Origin: a virus
IMG/VR virus record: IMGVR_UViG_3300025072_002799
Coordinates: 47,203 to 111,202 of that record
Length of the DNA stretch: 64,000 nucleotides
Strand: one strand, 5' to 3'
Shown here one piece after another: positions 39,511-49,439 of the stretch. A program made the position numbers and the translations under genes. The notes under the pieces were generated by a model. It did no database searches. It had not been told where the DNA came from and saw nothing but the letters and a program-made list of their open reading frames with translations. Within the stretch, counting starts at the first letter, position 1, and the number at the start of each line of letters is the position of its first letter.

Positions 39511-41364
39511 ATGAAAAGAACGCTTATAAATTTTGACGTGCTGAAGCGCATGGAAGAGGACTCCTTATCATCAGCAGAGGCAGAATTGGCCTTAGCCGAA
39601 GATATTGTAAGTTCCGCCCTAGATCAGGACATTTCTGGTCTGCACAGTTTCACTCGTGAAGAAGTCATTTACGAAACAAGAGATGGTAACTTCATACACG
39701 CAAATTACAAAATCGACAACGATAGCATTTTGCTTGAGAATATCGAAGAACTTGTAATTGATGAAGAATCAGAAAAACAAGAGGCAAGACAAGCACTTGC
39801 TAAAATGGTTGAAATGATATTAGACGGAAAGGATGAAGAAGCAAGCGAAGCGTTTGCTGAATACATCAACCTACCTTTCGTTGAAAGATCTTTCAACGAA
39901 GGCTTTAAGGTCGTAAAGTCCAATCCAACAGGAGGTCGAAGCAAGCTTTTCGGCAAGAAGCAATCTACTTCATTGATTAATGCCAGAACAAGAGGCAGAA
40001 AGAAGTCTTTGGCAAAAAGAAGCCCAGGTCAAAAAGCTGCTGCAAAGCGTGCAAGAGACAGAGTTAAGGGCAGTCTTGGCGGAAACAAGAGAGCAAGAGC
40101 TATCTTGCGTTGGGACAAGCCAAAGAAGAAAAAGATGGTCAGCGAATGTTTGAACCTGTGTGAAAGCGTTACAGATTACATCAACTATCGCGAGTTTGGA
40201 CCTGTATTGGACATTGTTCAATCAAGACTTGATGAAAGCAGTAATGTCGAAGCGTTGAAAATTCCTACTTACAAAGTAAGAAACGAAGCTAGAATTCTTA
40301 GCTTCAACTGGAAAACTTTGGATCACAAAGTTAAAAGACATCGCAGTGCTGGCAAAAACCTATCTGAAGACAACAACTTCTGCAAAGCAGTTGCCGATCT
40401 AAAGAGAAGTAATGCAATTTCCGACATGGACGCAATCGAAGAATCCATTGACACAATCGTGGCACAATGGGCAAACGTTCTTTACTTAACTCAAAATGAG
40501 TTGTCCAACATCATCGGTGAAGCACTTCACACGACTGGTGCTAAAAATTATGACGACGACATGTGCAACTTCATGGCTGAGGGAATCCTCAGAAAAGCTC
40601 ACGAAGCTTATACCGAAAAAGTTGACACAATCACAAAGTTGTCTGGGACTACTCTTAAGTCAGAAGAAAATCAAGACGCTTACGAACAATTCCGTGGTTT
40701 GGTAGATGGTTTTTATCCGACCCTTGACGAAAACGCTTCTAACGAAATGCAGGTCTTTGTTGACCTTTATAATGCAGTTCGTGACGTACACGAAGAAGCA
40801 GTAAGTCAACGAAACGATTTTGTTGCAGAGGAAGCCGAAGATCATCTAAGAGAACTTGGTGCAGTTGTTTCACAACAAATAAATCCTGATATTGAGCTTG
40901 CTGAAGAAGTAAGCGATTGGCTTTATGACTTGCTAGAAACCAACTTGGGAAGTAGCGACTGGAATGTGAGCAATAAGCCTCATATGACAGTAAGTGGCGA
41001 CCACCCAGATATGGCTAAGAAAGCTTCTCAAGGATACTCTCCTAAGGGCGACTTCTCTGGCGACTGGGGAGATTCTGCTCCTGTAAGCGATGGCAAGAGT
41101 TACAAAAATGGTCTTGCTGACCAAATGAGAAATAGATCATGGGGAAATGTTGGCGACAACACAGACCCAGGAATCAGCAATCCATACATCCCAGCAGGTG
41201 GAGATTTCACCATGAAGGGAGAGCCTGGAGTTGACAAGTCTCAAGACGGACTTGTTTACAAGTCTGGCAACACTTGGCCAGAACTTCAAAACCCATACAG
41301 TCCTTCAGCACCGGGTGCAGATGGATGGAGAATGAAGTCCGACAACTTAGTTATTGATCAATAA
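39511..41364 (+). CDS. Putative prohead core protein
   Basis: 617 aa acidic with a K/R-rich internal segment; lies between portal and protease, as T4 gp67/68 do. Confidence 0.6.
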   Translation: MKRTLINFDVLKRMEEDSLSSAEAELALAEDIVSSALDQDISGLHSFTREEVIYETRDGNFIHANYKIDNDSILLENIEELVIDEESEKQEARQALAKMVEMILDGKDEEASEAFAEYINLPFVERSFNEGFKVVKSNPTGGRSKLFGKKQSTSLINARTRGRKKSLAKRSPGQKAAAKRARDRVKGSLGGNKRARAILRWDKPKKKKMVSECLNLCESVTDYINYREFGPVLDIVQSRLDESSNVEALKIPTYKVRNEARILSFNWKTLDHKVKRHRSAGKNLSEDNNFCKAVADLKRSNAISDMDAIEESIDTIVAQWANVLYLTQNELSNIIGEALHTTGAKNYDDDMCNFMAEGILRKAHEAYTEKVDTITKLSGTTLKSEENQDAYEQFRGLVDGFYPTLDENASNEMQVFVDLYNAVRDVHEEAVSQRNDFVAEEAEDHLRELGAVVSQQINPDIELAEEVSDWLYDLLETNLGSSDWNVSNKPHMTVSGDHPDMAKKASQGYSPKGDFSGDWGDSAPVSDGKSYKNGLADQMRNRSWGNVGDNTDPGISNPYIPAGGDFTMKGEPGVDKSQDGLVYKSGNTWPELQNPYSPSAPGADGWRMKSDNLVIDQ

Positions 41365-41372
41365 GGAGTAGC

Positions 41373-42074
41373 ATGAATCACTTGCTAGAATATGGCGTTG
41401 GTGAAAGCTCAATGCTACTCGTTGACTGTTGTGCCAGTGGAACTGACTTTCAATATGAACTTATTGAAAGTAATAGTTCCAACGGAAACTCAAAGTTCCG
41501 TGGAAAATTGCAAGAGGCAGACGCAGTTAACAAAAACAAAAGAATGTATCCTTTTGACGTGCTTAACAGCAATGTTTCAAGGTTGAATGAAGTGGTTGAT
41601 GCAAGGGGTTTGATTGGTGAGTTAGATCATCCGTCAGATTCCATCATCCACTTTGAAAAAGCTTCTCACTTAATTACTAAGTTATGGTGGGAAAACAAAG
41701 TCTTGATGGGTGAAGGAGAAATCCTTAATACCCCTCATGGAAAGGTTTTGAAAAGCCTCATGGAAAGCGGTGTCCGTATTGGCATGAGCAGCAGAGGCGT
41801 AGGAAACGGAACTTCAAATGAAAGTGGAGTTTTCGTTATTGGAGAAAGTTATAAGTTGATAACTTTCGATGCTGTAGCAGACCCAAGTACGTTTGCTGCT
41901 TTCCAAGAAAAGGTGGTAAAAGGCAAGCAAGAGAGTATTGCTTCGCAAAATATCACAGTTGAGTCGCCCAAAAATGAAGCCACGCGCATAGATATTAACA
42001 AAGATGTAGTTAAGGCTTTACTAGGCGGAATAATTAAAGAACATACCAAAGAAGCAAAAGCGAGGTTAGGTTAA
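41373..42074 (+). CDS. Prohead protease (T4 gp21-like)
   Basis: NKNKRMYP, GELDHP, GMSSRGVG, FDAVADPS. Confidence 0.96.
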   Translation: MNHLLEYGVGESSMLLVDCCASGTDFQYELIESNSSNGNSKFRGKLQEADAVNKNKRMYPFDVLNSNVSRLNEVVDARGLIGELDHPSDSIIHFEKASHLITKLWWENKVLMGEGEILNTPHGKVLKSLMESGVRIGMSSRGVGNGTSNESGVFVIGESYKLITFDAVADPSTFAAFQEKVVKGKQESIASQNITVESPKNEATRIDINKDVVKALLGGIIKEHTKEAKARLG

Positions 42075-43006
42075 TGGACAAAATCATTGAGGCTCTTACA
42101 AAGTTGCTTCCTGAAGATCAAGTGAGTGAAGTTTCCGAAGCTGTTACTGACATGATTGATGAATCAAAAGAGGAGCTTAACAAAGAGTACAACGATAAGC
42201 TAGAAGAAGCTTACGCTCAGCTTTCCAAAGAGCTAAAAGACGCCGAATCTGTCGCGGTTCAGGGCTATGAAGAAGCTTACGGAATCATCAATGATTTGCG
42301 TAATCGCCTTGAAATGCAGCGAGAGGAATACGAGGCCGCTCTTAAAGAAGGCTACCAAGAAGCATACGATATGCTTGTTGATGAGCGTGGCAAAAATGAA
42401 AATCTTGAAGTTGGTGTTTACGAAGAATACGAAGAAAAGCTTGGCGAAATGAAAGGCTACATCGTTGACAAAGTAGACCAATTTCTACACTACAAAGGTC
42501 AGGAAATTTACGAGAACGCTAAGCGAGATGTGCTAAGCGACCCACGTATGGCTGAACACAAAGTCGTGCTTGATAAAATCGTAGACTTGACTTCAGGTTA
42601 CTTGTCTGAAGAAGAAGCAGTCTTGGCAACTAGCGCTAAGCTAGATAATGCAAACAAGATTGTTGAAGAACTAAAAGGACACAAGAAAATTCTTGAATCC
42701 AAAGTTGTCAGACTAGACAGAGAAAGAAAAGAGCTTACGGAAGCTGTTGCTGTTGGTTCAAAGTTGTTGGCTGAAGCTAATGACAACCAAGAGTCAGTTG
42801 TTCTTGAGCAAAAAGAAAGAATACAGAAAGCTAAGGACATAGAAGGAAAAGGTAGTGGACACAATGGTCCGGTAGAAGTTATTGCCGAACACAATGAAGC
42901 CACTTCAGATAATGCCGACCAGAACGAAGACACTATCGTAGAAAGTGTTGGAGGAATTGATCTAGATCAACTCGCCGTACTTTCTGGTCTTAAAAAAGAA
43001 AACTAA
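42074..43006 (+). CDS. Prohead scaffold protein (T4 gp22-like)
   Basis: Acidic coiled coil between protease and capsid genes. Confidence 0.8.
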   Translation: MDKIIEALTKLLPEDQVSEVSEAVTDMIDESKEELNKEYNDKLEEAYAQLSKELKDAESVAVQGYEEAYGIINDLRNRLEMQREEYEAALKEGYQEAYDMLVDERGKNENLEVGVYEEYEEKLGEMKGYIVDKVDQFLHYKGQEIYENAKRDVLSDPRMAEHKVVLDKIVDLTSGYLSEEEAVLATSAKLDNANKIVEELKGHKKILESKVVRLDRERKELTEAVAVGSKLLAEANDNQESVVLEQKERIQKAKDIEGKGSGHNGPVEVIAEHNEATSDNADQNEDTIVESVGGIDLDQLAVLSGLKKEN

Positions 43007-43031
43007 ATTAGATTCATAGAGGTATATTATT

Positions 43032-44486
43032 ATGATGAGTGCTAACTCCGCGTTCCTAAACGAAGCAAAGGAACTAGAGAAGCGCTGGGCGAAGACGAAT
43101 CTTCTTGAGGGCATTGACAACACATATGTTCGCAAGACGGCTTCTGTTCTTCTAGAAAATCAGCGTTTAATGAACGAGGTTTCCACCGATACTGGAGACG
43201 TTGCTCAATTTAAGAGAATCAGCATCCCGTTGGTTCGCAGAATTTATCCCCAGTTGATCGCAAACAAGATCGTATCAGTTCAGCCACTACTTGGCCCAAC
43301 TGGCTTGGTCTACTACTTGCGTTTCCGCTACTCCAGCAACAAGGGTGCCATCCGTGGTGCAGATAACAATGCTGGATTCCCAGGTGATGACGCTAACTCC
43401 TTGCAGCAACTTGCAAGTGGTGACGCTAACTTGGACATTTTCTACAGTCATCAGTTCGTACAGAACGAAACCAGCAGCACTGATGCTGGTGGAACCGCTT
43501 CTGGTCACGTTTCTGTGTTTGCTCCCCTAGAGCATACTCCAGTTTTGGCTGGAACAATGACTGGAACTTTGTTCCGTGGTGCTACTGCTGTTCAGACTTT
43601 CGTAGTCGCCAGCGATGGAACCTACACCTTTACCGACATCGGTGCCCCAACCATTCAGGCTGTTAGCGGTACTCTTGATGTCAACACTGGCGAAATGACT
43701 TTGACTTGGGACACCGATGGTGATCCAACTGCAAACCATGTTGTCGTGTCTTACGAATACAATCTTGAATGTCAGCAAGACCTTCCTGAAATCAACCTAG
43801 TTGTTGAAAGTGAAGAGATTGCAGCCAAGACTCGTAAGCTAAAGGCTGTTTGGTCATACGAAGCTCAACAAGACCTTCGTTCACAGCACAACCTCGATGC
43901 CGAAGCTGAATTGACTGCCGTACTCGCGCAGGAAATCAACCTTGAAATCGACCGTGAAGTCTTGACTGACTTGCGTAACAATGCTGGAACCGTGGCGACA
44001 TGGGACTTCAACACCGCTTTGGGTGACACAATCAAAGAAAAGTATGAAGCTCTTTACGTGAAAATCGTAGAAGTTTCAAACGTCGTACACCGTAAGACTC
44101 TACGTGGTGGTTGTAACTGGATCGTAACTTCTCCTGAAGTTGCTTCGATCTTCGAAACAGCAACCGCAGGTTTTGCTCCTGCTTCAAGTGAAACTTTCAC
44201 TTCCAGCTTGGGTATCCAGTACGTCGGTACTATCAACAACCGTTGGAGATTGTACAAAGATCCATTGTTCCCAACCGGACAATTGCTAATGGGTTACAAG
44301 GGCGACTCTTACATGGATAGTGGATACTTCTACTGCCCATACGTGCCGCTAACACAAACCCCAGTAGTCTTGGACCCAGAATCCTTTTGCCCACGCAAAG
44401 GAATTTTGACGCGCTATGGCAAGAAATTGCTTAGAGAAGGTGCCAAATTCTACGCGAGAGTCACGATTGCTAATTTTGTTATATGA
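43032..44486 (+). CDS. Major capsid protein (T4 gp23-like)
   Basis: PLVRR, VQPLLGPTGL, TRKLKAVWSYEAQQDL, EINLEIDREV, YCPYVPL, TRYG. Confidence 0.97.
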   Translation: MMSANSAFLNEAKELEKRWAKTNLLEGIDNTYVRKTASVLLENQRLMNEVSTDTGDVAQFKRISIPLVRRIYPQLIANKIVSVQPLLGPTGLVYYLRFRYSSNKGAIRGADNNAGFPGDDANSLQQLASGDANLDIFYSHQFVQNETSSTDAGGTASGHVSVFAPLEHTPVLAGTMTGTLFRGATAVQTFVVASDGTYTFTDIGAPTIQAVSGTLDVNTGEMTLTWDTDGDPTANHVVVSYEYNLECQQDLPEINLVVESEEIAAKTRKLKAVWSYEAQQDLRSQHNLDAEAELTAVLAQEINLEIDREVLTDLRNNAGTVATWDFNTALGDTIKEKYEALYVKIVEVSNVVHRKTLRGGCNWIVTSPEVASIFETATAGFAPASSETFTSSLGIQYVGTINNRWRLYKDPLFPTGQLLMGYKGDSYMDSGYFYCPYVPLTQTPVVLDPESFCPRKGILTRYGKKLLREGAKFYARVTIANFVI

Positions 44487-44530
44487 TTTTTACCATACAA
44501 AAGTAAAGCAAGCGTAAGATTTTTTGAAAC

Positions 44531-44563
44531 AAAAACGTCCTCAGAAATGGGGGCGTTTTTTTT
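44531..44563 (+). terminator. Intrinsic terminator after the capsid gene
   Basis: aaaaacgtcctca-gaaa-tgggggcgttttt. Confidence 0.85.
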
Positions 44564-44583
44564 ATTTAAACAAAAATCAACGC

Positions 44584-44612
44584 TTGACTTACTAACTAAG
44601 GTATGCTAAGCT
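44584..44612 (+). promoter_or_regulatory. Sigma70-like promoter
   Basis: TTGACT-17bp-TAAGCT with extended TG. Confidence 0.5.
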
Positions 44613-44638
44613 ACAATGTTCAATAAAAAGGAAATATT

Positions 44639-45826
44639 ATGTATTTGCAAAGTCAAGAAGGCATTTTGCCAAGTCAAAAAATAAAGATAAAATATGATTG
44701 CAGTAGTGGATTTGAACGTTGTGGAAAAGAGTGGGAAATAAAATTAAAAGATGCATTAAAAAATGAGCAAAAAAATAAAGGAAAGCACATTTGTAGAAAA
44801 TGCACATTAAAATGTAACAACCCCATGAAGAATAAAGAAAACATTGAAAAAATAAAGAGGACAAATTTGAAAAAATATGGAATGGAACATCCATTAAATT
44901 CAAAAAAAGAAATTGATAAGCGAAAAGAATTAATGAAAGATCCAGAATTTAAAAAGAAATGGATAGAAAGTAAAAAGCAAGGATCTATTAAAAAGTATGG
45001 AGTAGATCATCCTATGAAAAGTGATATATGCAAAAAGAATTTAGTTAACACCATGCAAAAAAGATATGGCGTTGATCATATGTTGCAAGATCCTGAAGCT
45101 GTCAAAAGGATGCAGGAGACTAACGTTAAGAAGTATGGCGTTAAAAATGTGGCATCTTTGCCAGAAGTTCGTGATAAAATGAAAAAAACAATGTCGGAAA
45201 GATATGGAGTTAATCATTACAATCAACTTCCAGAAATGAAAAAATACTTACGAGAAAATTGCCGTGAGTGGTTGTCAGAAAGTTACAAAAACCCTTGGGC
45301 AAAAGGAATTACAAGACCAAAGGAATGGAATGAAAAGCAAAGTGTATCCATGAACAATTTGATTGAGAGCGGACAATGGAAAGGAGGCGGAAATAACACT
45401 TACAAAGGAACTTATGATTCCACAAAATGCATAAGAGGAAAGTCCATTTACAGGTCAGGGTATGAACTACAAACGCATGTTCATTTAGATAATGATGAAA
45501 ACGTAGAATTTTATGATTATGAGCCATTTCAAATTCCATATTATGACACGGAAGATCACAAAAGATATTACACCATTGATTTTATAATCAAGTATAAATC
45601 AGGAGGTTTATTAGCAGTTGAAGTTAAAAACAACTACACTAAAGAAGAATTTCTTAATCACAACAAGTATAAAGCAGCTAAGTCTTTGTTCGAAGAGGAA
45701 AAAATTGAATTTGAAATTTGGACAAATGATAAAATAGAAAGTTTAGGTTTAACTTTATCAGATTTATTGGAAGATGATCGAGTGAATTCAATAAGCGTTC
45801 CAAAGACTAAAACTGAAATAACTTAA
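44639..45826 (+). CDS. Putative homing endonuclease: KYG repeats plus TnsA-like PD-(D/E)XK domain
   Basis: Five K(K/R)YG-type repeats; YRSGYE, YEPFQIPY, YTIDF, VEVK. Confidence 0.8.
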   Translation: MYLQSQEGILPSQKIKIKYDCSSGFERCGKEWEIKLKDALKNEQKNKGKHICRKCTLKCNNPMKNKENIEKIKRTNLKKYGMEHPLNSKKEIDKRKELMKDPEFKKKWIESKKQGSIKKYGVDHPMKSDICKKNLVNTMQKRYGVDHMLQDPEAVKRMQETNVKKYGVKNVASLPEVRDKMKKTMSERYGVNHYNQLPEMKKYLRENCREWLSESYKNPWAKGITRPKEWNEKQSVSMNNLIESGQWKGGGNNTYKGTYDSTKCIRGKSIYRSGYELQTHVHLDNDENVEFYDYEPFQIPYYDTEDHKRYYTIDFIIKYKSGGLLAVEVKNNYTKEEFLNHNKYKAAKSLFEEEKIEFEIWTNDKIESLGLTLSDLLEDDRVNSISVPKTKTEIT

Positions 45827-46629
45827 AAATCAAACTCTTTCTGTTTAAGCTTAGGTTCTTCGCCTTCTGGTGTATCTACATCAAAAGCTATTTTCTTTAA
45901 TCTATTCAATGCTGGCCAAGCGGCATGTTTGAACTGTGCGATTATTTTTTTAAGATCTAATGATGGATGCGCATAATACGTGTATCTTTTCCCGTTTATC
46001 ACAACGACAATAGAGTACACGCCTGCATATTGTGATTTGCTAACAATAAATGGTTTATTATTTTCTGTGTTTTCATTTAGATCTGGGAATTGCTGTTTTA
46101 TCTTATCAATGTTTTGATGAACCCATGACATGAATTTTCTTTCTTCACCTTCTGGTCCTTGCTCAAAAGTTTGACCCTTTGTTTCTCTTTCTATTTCATG
46201 AGTAGCTTCATGAATAATTGTGGAAGCGATCTGAATAACTGCCTCCCAATCACTCTTTGCCTGCGACAGTATCCTATTTACGTTAACGTGAATGGTATCA
46301 CCACGCCTGATTGTTCTTTCATCTATGTCTGGGAAGTATTGTTTAATTACAGAAGTTGGGACATTGCCTATATTGTCTTTTGTTACATTTCCACGATATA
46401 TTAAATTCTGTTCTACGTCAGGAGGCATAATTTTTTTATTCTCTCCTGAGTTATACATCCCATAAGCCCCAGATGCTAGATTGGCAATTGTAGAGATATT
46501 TTCCAAAAACTTAGGATCATACATTCTAACAACATTTATAGCAATTTTTGCTTTGTCGTATAGATGCTCTATTTCATGAGAATCCACGTTTTGATCTTGT
46601 TGTGTTACAAATTCTTTAAAATTAATCAT
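45823..46629 (-). CDS. Putative internal head protein with HExxH metallopeptidase-like motif
   Basis: MINFKEFV; IIHEATHEIE. Confidence 0.65.
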   Translation of the reverse strand: MINFKEFVTQQDQNVDSHEIEHLYDKAKIAINVVRMYDPKFLENISTIANLASGAYGMYNSGENKKIMPPDVEQNLIYRGNVTKDNIGNVPTSVIKQYFPDIDERTIRRGDTIHVNVNRILSQAKSDWEAVIQIASTIIHEATHEIERETKGQTFEQGPEGEERKFMSWVHQNIDKIKQQFPDLNENTENNKPFIVSKSQYAGVYSIVVVINGKRYTYYAHPSLDLKKIIAQFKHAAWPALNRLKKIAFDVDTPEGEEPKLKQKEFDF

Positions 46630-46640
46630 AAATATCTTTT

Positions 46641-46883
46641 ATGGATTACGGTGAAAAACTACAAGTTTATATACCCAATGAACGAACAGAAATTTTAATG
46701 AAAGAGTGTGGGTACAAGGATTGCTCAAAGTTCCTTGATGACTCTTTATCAATCATAGAGTGGTTGGTGTCACACAAGCGTCAAGGAATGTGTGTTGGTG
46801 CGTTTACGCATGAGAACAAGAGATATTCTAAGATGTATCATCCAATGCTAGAAACAGTGTCAGCAAAAGCCTCAGAGGACTAG
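46641..46883 (+). CDS. Hypothetical protein
   Basis: 80 aa preceded by CATAAATA. Confidence 0.6.
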   Translation: MDYGEKLQVYIPNERTEILMKECGYKDCSKFLDDSLSIIEWLVSHKRQGMCVGAFTHENKRYSKMYHPMLETVSAKASED

Positions 46884-47254
46884 TCCCAATCAGGTCGCCA
46901 ATACATTGAGGAAGCAAAAGCTTTTGCAAGAGAATAATCTTGGTAACGACCCTTATTGTTTACAAATCCTGCGTTTTTGTAAAACCTTTGCAAAGCGGCC
47001 TTTTTTCGCGGCTCGGCTTCTGGTGCTAAAACTATTGGCTTTCCCACAGAAGCGGCATATTTTTTGAATCTATTCAAGACTTCAGACCCAACTCCTTTGC
47101 CTTGCACATCTGGGTATACCTTAATCGCACTAATTTCTATGCGACTGTCTGTTTCCCAAGCATATAGATCTTCAAGTTGAGGAAACTCTTTCTTGAGAGA
47201 ATCAACAAGCTGATCTAATGCCCCAGTGTTTTCAAGCCAAATTCTAAATTCCAT
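46880..47254 (-). CDS. GNAT acetyltransferase with capsid-targeting-like N-terminus
   Basis: Start MEFRIWLE; QGKGVGS acetyl-CoA motif; FYKNAGF. Confidence 0.88.
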   Translation of the reverse strand: MEFRIWLENTGALDQLVDSLKKEFPQLEDLYAWETDSRIEISAIKVYPDVQGKGVGSEVLNRFKKYAASVGKPIVLAPEAEPRKKAALQRFYKNAGFVNNKGRYQDYSLAKAFASSMYWRPDWD

Positions 47255-47318
47255 AATTTTATTCATACCGCCCTTGAAATCCATACTGTATTTAGGCAAA
47301 ATGAGCAAAGACTTACGG

Positions 47319-47346
47319 TTGACATATCAATTTTGTAGTCTACAAT
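47319..47346 (+). promoter_or_regulatory. Sigma70-like promoter
   Basis: TTGACA-16bp-TACAAT. Confidence 0.65.
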
Positions 47347-47398
47347 TGTTTGATCGGGCATTTTCCCGATAATTCTCGTTATTACCAGGAGTTAAAAG

Positions 47399-47743
47399 AT
47401 GAAAGCTTTTGTATTGTTTTGTGCTGTTGTTGGATGTTCGATGTTTGCAATGCCATCACAGGCTGATGCTGGATGTGTAGTACGCAGACCAGTCGTAAAC
47501 ACTGTTAGGTTCTTTAAGAACAAGAAGCCAGTTCGCACAGTAGCCAAGAATGTTGGCGTTAAAGTGAAGAATGTTGGCGTTAAAGTGAAGAATGTTGGCG
47601 TTAAAGTGAAGAATGTTGGCGTTAAAGTGAAGAATGTTGGCGTTAAAGTGAAGAATGTTGGCGTTAAAGTGAAGAATGTCGCTAAAGCAGCTAAGAAGGT
47701 CGTCTTCCGTAAGGTTGTCTTCCGTGGTTGTGGTTGTCGCTAA
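47399..47743 (+). CDS. Secreted cationic heptad-repeat peptide
   Basis: Signal peptide ending ADA; (KNVGVKV)x6; AGGAG SD. Confidence 0.8.
   Translation: MKAFVLFCAVVGCSMFAMPSQADAGCVVRRPVVNTVRFFKNKKPVRTVAKNVGVKVKNVGVKVKNVGVKVKNVGVKVKNVGVKVKNVGVKVKNVAKAAKKVVFRKVVFRGCGCR
47546..47679 (+). repeat. Perfect 21-bp tandem repeat, 6 copies plus partial
   Basis: aagaatgttggcgttaaagtg x6. Confidence 0.97.
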
Positions 47744-47748
47744 ACTTT

Positions 47749-47780
47749 AAAAAAACGCCCCTTCGGGGGCGTTTTTTTTT
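47749..47780 (+). terminator. Intrinsic terminator
   Basis: aaaacgcccc-ttcg-ggggcgttttttttt. Confidence 0.9.
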
Positions 47781-47830
47781 ATCTTTTTCAGATACATATC
47801 GTGTACTTATTTTTTAGCAAAGATCAAGCA

Positions 47831-48079
47831 ATGATTGAAAACCCTTCTGAGAATCACAGGATTATAATGGATAGAATTGAACAAAATGAGCGAAAGTCAA
47901 ATTGGGCAATGTTCAAAATCGCCCTATGTCTTTGGAGTTGTTGGTGCATCAGTGCTTTGTTTCTAAACCCAGTGTTATTGATATATCCTGCCGCTTGGCT
48001 GACAATCCTTAGTGGCTTCTTCATTTTCAATGCTGTTTACAACAAAGTGTCCAAGATAAGAAGCAGACCTACTTCTTAG
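47831..48079 (+). CDS. Small 2-TM membrane protein
   Basis: Hydrophobic helices; probable start MIENP. Confidence 0.55.
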   Translation: MIENPSENHRIIMDRIEQNERKSNWAMFKIALCLWSCWCISALFLNPVLLIYPAAWLTILSGFFIFNAVYNKVSKIRSRPTS

Positions 48080-48240
48080 GTTTTTTCTTCTTTTTCTTCT
48101 TTTTCTTTTTATCTTTACTTCCAAACGCCAACTCCCAGTTAGATGCGTACTTCTCATAAGAAACAAAGCTTTTTCTTGTTTTGTCGCCTTTTCCGTTCAT
48201 TTACTTCTCCTTTTTAACGATTTATATAAAGGAGTGTTGT

Positions 48241-48453
48241 ATGGACAATCTTGACTTGCATGGCATTCGTCACCATGAAGTGGAAAGAGAAGTAGAGAAT
48301 TTTGTCCTCACATGCCACTTCCCTTCTAGGATCGTAACTGGAAACAGTATTACCATGAAACGTATTGTGGAAAATGTTCTTGAAAGGTATAATCTTGTTG
48401 GAGATCCAGAAAGCGACTGGAATTTGGGATCATTAATTATTAAGGAAAGCTAA
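48241..48453 (+). CDS. Stand-alone Smr-like domain protein
   Basis: LDLHG...IVTGNS; AAGGAG SD before ATG 48241. Confidence 0.7.
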   Translation: MDNLDLHGIRHHEVEREVENFVLTCHFPSRIVTGNSITMKRIVENVLERYNLVGDPESDWNLGSLIIKES

Positions 48454-48454
48454 C

Positions 48455-49027
48455 ATGCTTCATGGTTTTGACTGGGACTTCGGACAGTTTTCTGTTGCTG
48501 ATTATAGCACATTAGACTTTTTGATAAAAATGCACGCTTCTGACTTTTCATTTTACCACACTGGTAGTAGGTTTTTGAAAAGCGATTTAGTAATGAATAA
48601 TACTGATTATGATTTTTTCATAAAGAGGGATGGTTTTATAAGTGAAATTGCCATACAAAGATTTCTTGAAAATTTAAGACATCCATCAGTTTGTCATTAT
48701 TCATTTAGGGAGCTAAGATTTCACCGCACCAACAATAATGGTGGATACTATATGGGAATAAGATTTAGAGCAGACACACACCCTTCAATAGATGTTTTCG
48801 TTTTGGAAGATGCTGAATTTGAACTTTACAAGGCTGCAAACGACGAGCTTAAAAATGACGAGAAAAGGGCGAAAGAAATATCGAAAGAAGAGAGGGTTCG
48901 ATTCTACGAAGAAAAGACGGGGATTAGAACCAGAGCTAGGAGGGGCGTCAGAAGAGGACAGCTACCAGGAGAAGGAATGCGATTGCATCAATGGCCTGTT
49001 TGGGACCACCCCGAAGAAATATTTTAA
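48455..49027 (+). CDS. Nucleotidyltransferase-like protein
   Basis: TGSR...TDYDF...IDVF pol-beta-type motifs. Confidence 0.6.
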   Translation: MLHGFDWDFGQFSVADYSTLDFLIKMHASDFSFYHTGSRFLKSDLVMNNTDYDFFIKRDGFISEIAIQRFLENLRHPSVCHYSFRELRFHRTNNNGGYYMGIRFRADTHPSIDVFVLEDAEFELYKAANDELKNDEKRAKEISKEERVRFYEEKTGIRTRARRGVRRGQLPGEGMRLHQWPVWDHPEEIF

Positions 49028-49049
49028 CGAAGTCGTACTAGAATATAGA

Positions 49050-49439
49050 ATGGCTTGGAAATTAAAATTACATAGCGAACAGCCCACATTGCCTCAAATT
49101 GGTGATGTTTGGCCCTGTCGCAAGGCATTGTCGCCCGAACATTCTCGATATTACTCTGAAAAAGTATTATCTGCCCGTTATTTCGTAGAATGGAGGTCAC
49201 ACAGACCTCCTCTGTACGTTCTTTTGCCAGATGGCACTGAGTTCTGCTTAGATGGCAGAGCGGCTTGTGATGGCACTGGGTGGACTGTGAGGGGCATGCC
49301 TCACAACATGAATGTTTCTCCTTCAATCCACATACGAGGCAGTTATCACGGCTTCATACGCAATGGGATACTCACAGATGATTGTGATGGGCGTAAATTT
49401 TTAAAAGAAAGTGATAATTCTATAGAGGTATTGAAATGA
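49050..49439 (+). CDS. DUF6527-like protein
   Basis: GWTV...VSPSIH..YHGFIRNG; probable start MAWKL. Confidence 0.6.
   Translation: MAWKLKLHSEQPTLPQIGDVWPCRKALSPEHSRYYSEKVLSARYFVEWRSHRPPLYVLLPDGTEFCLDGRAACDGTGWTVRGMPHNMNVSPSIHIRGSYHGFIRNGILTDDCDGRKFLKESDNSIEVLK

Noticed and set aside
47546-47679. 21-bp repeat as a CRISPR array
   Set aside because: No spacers; in-frame coding tandem repeat
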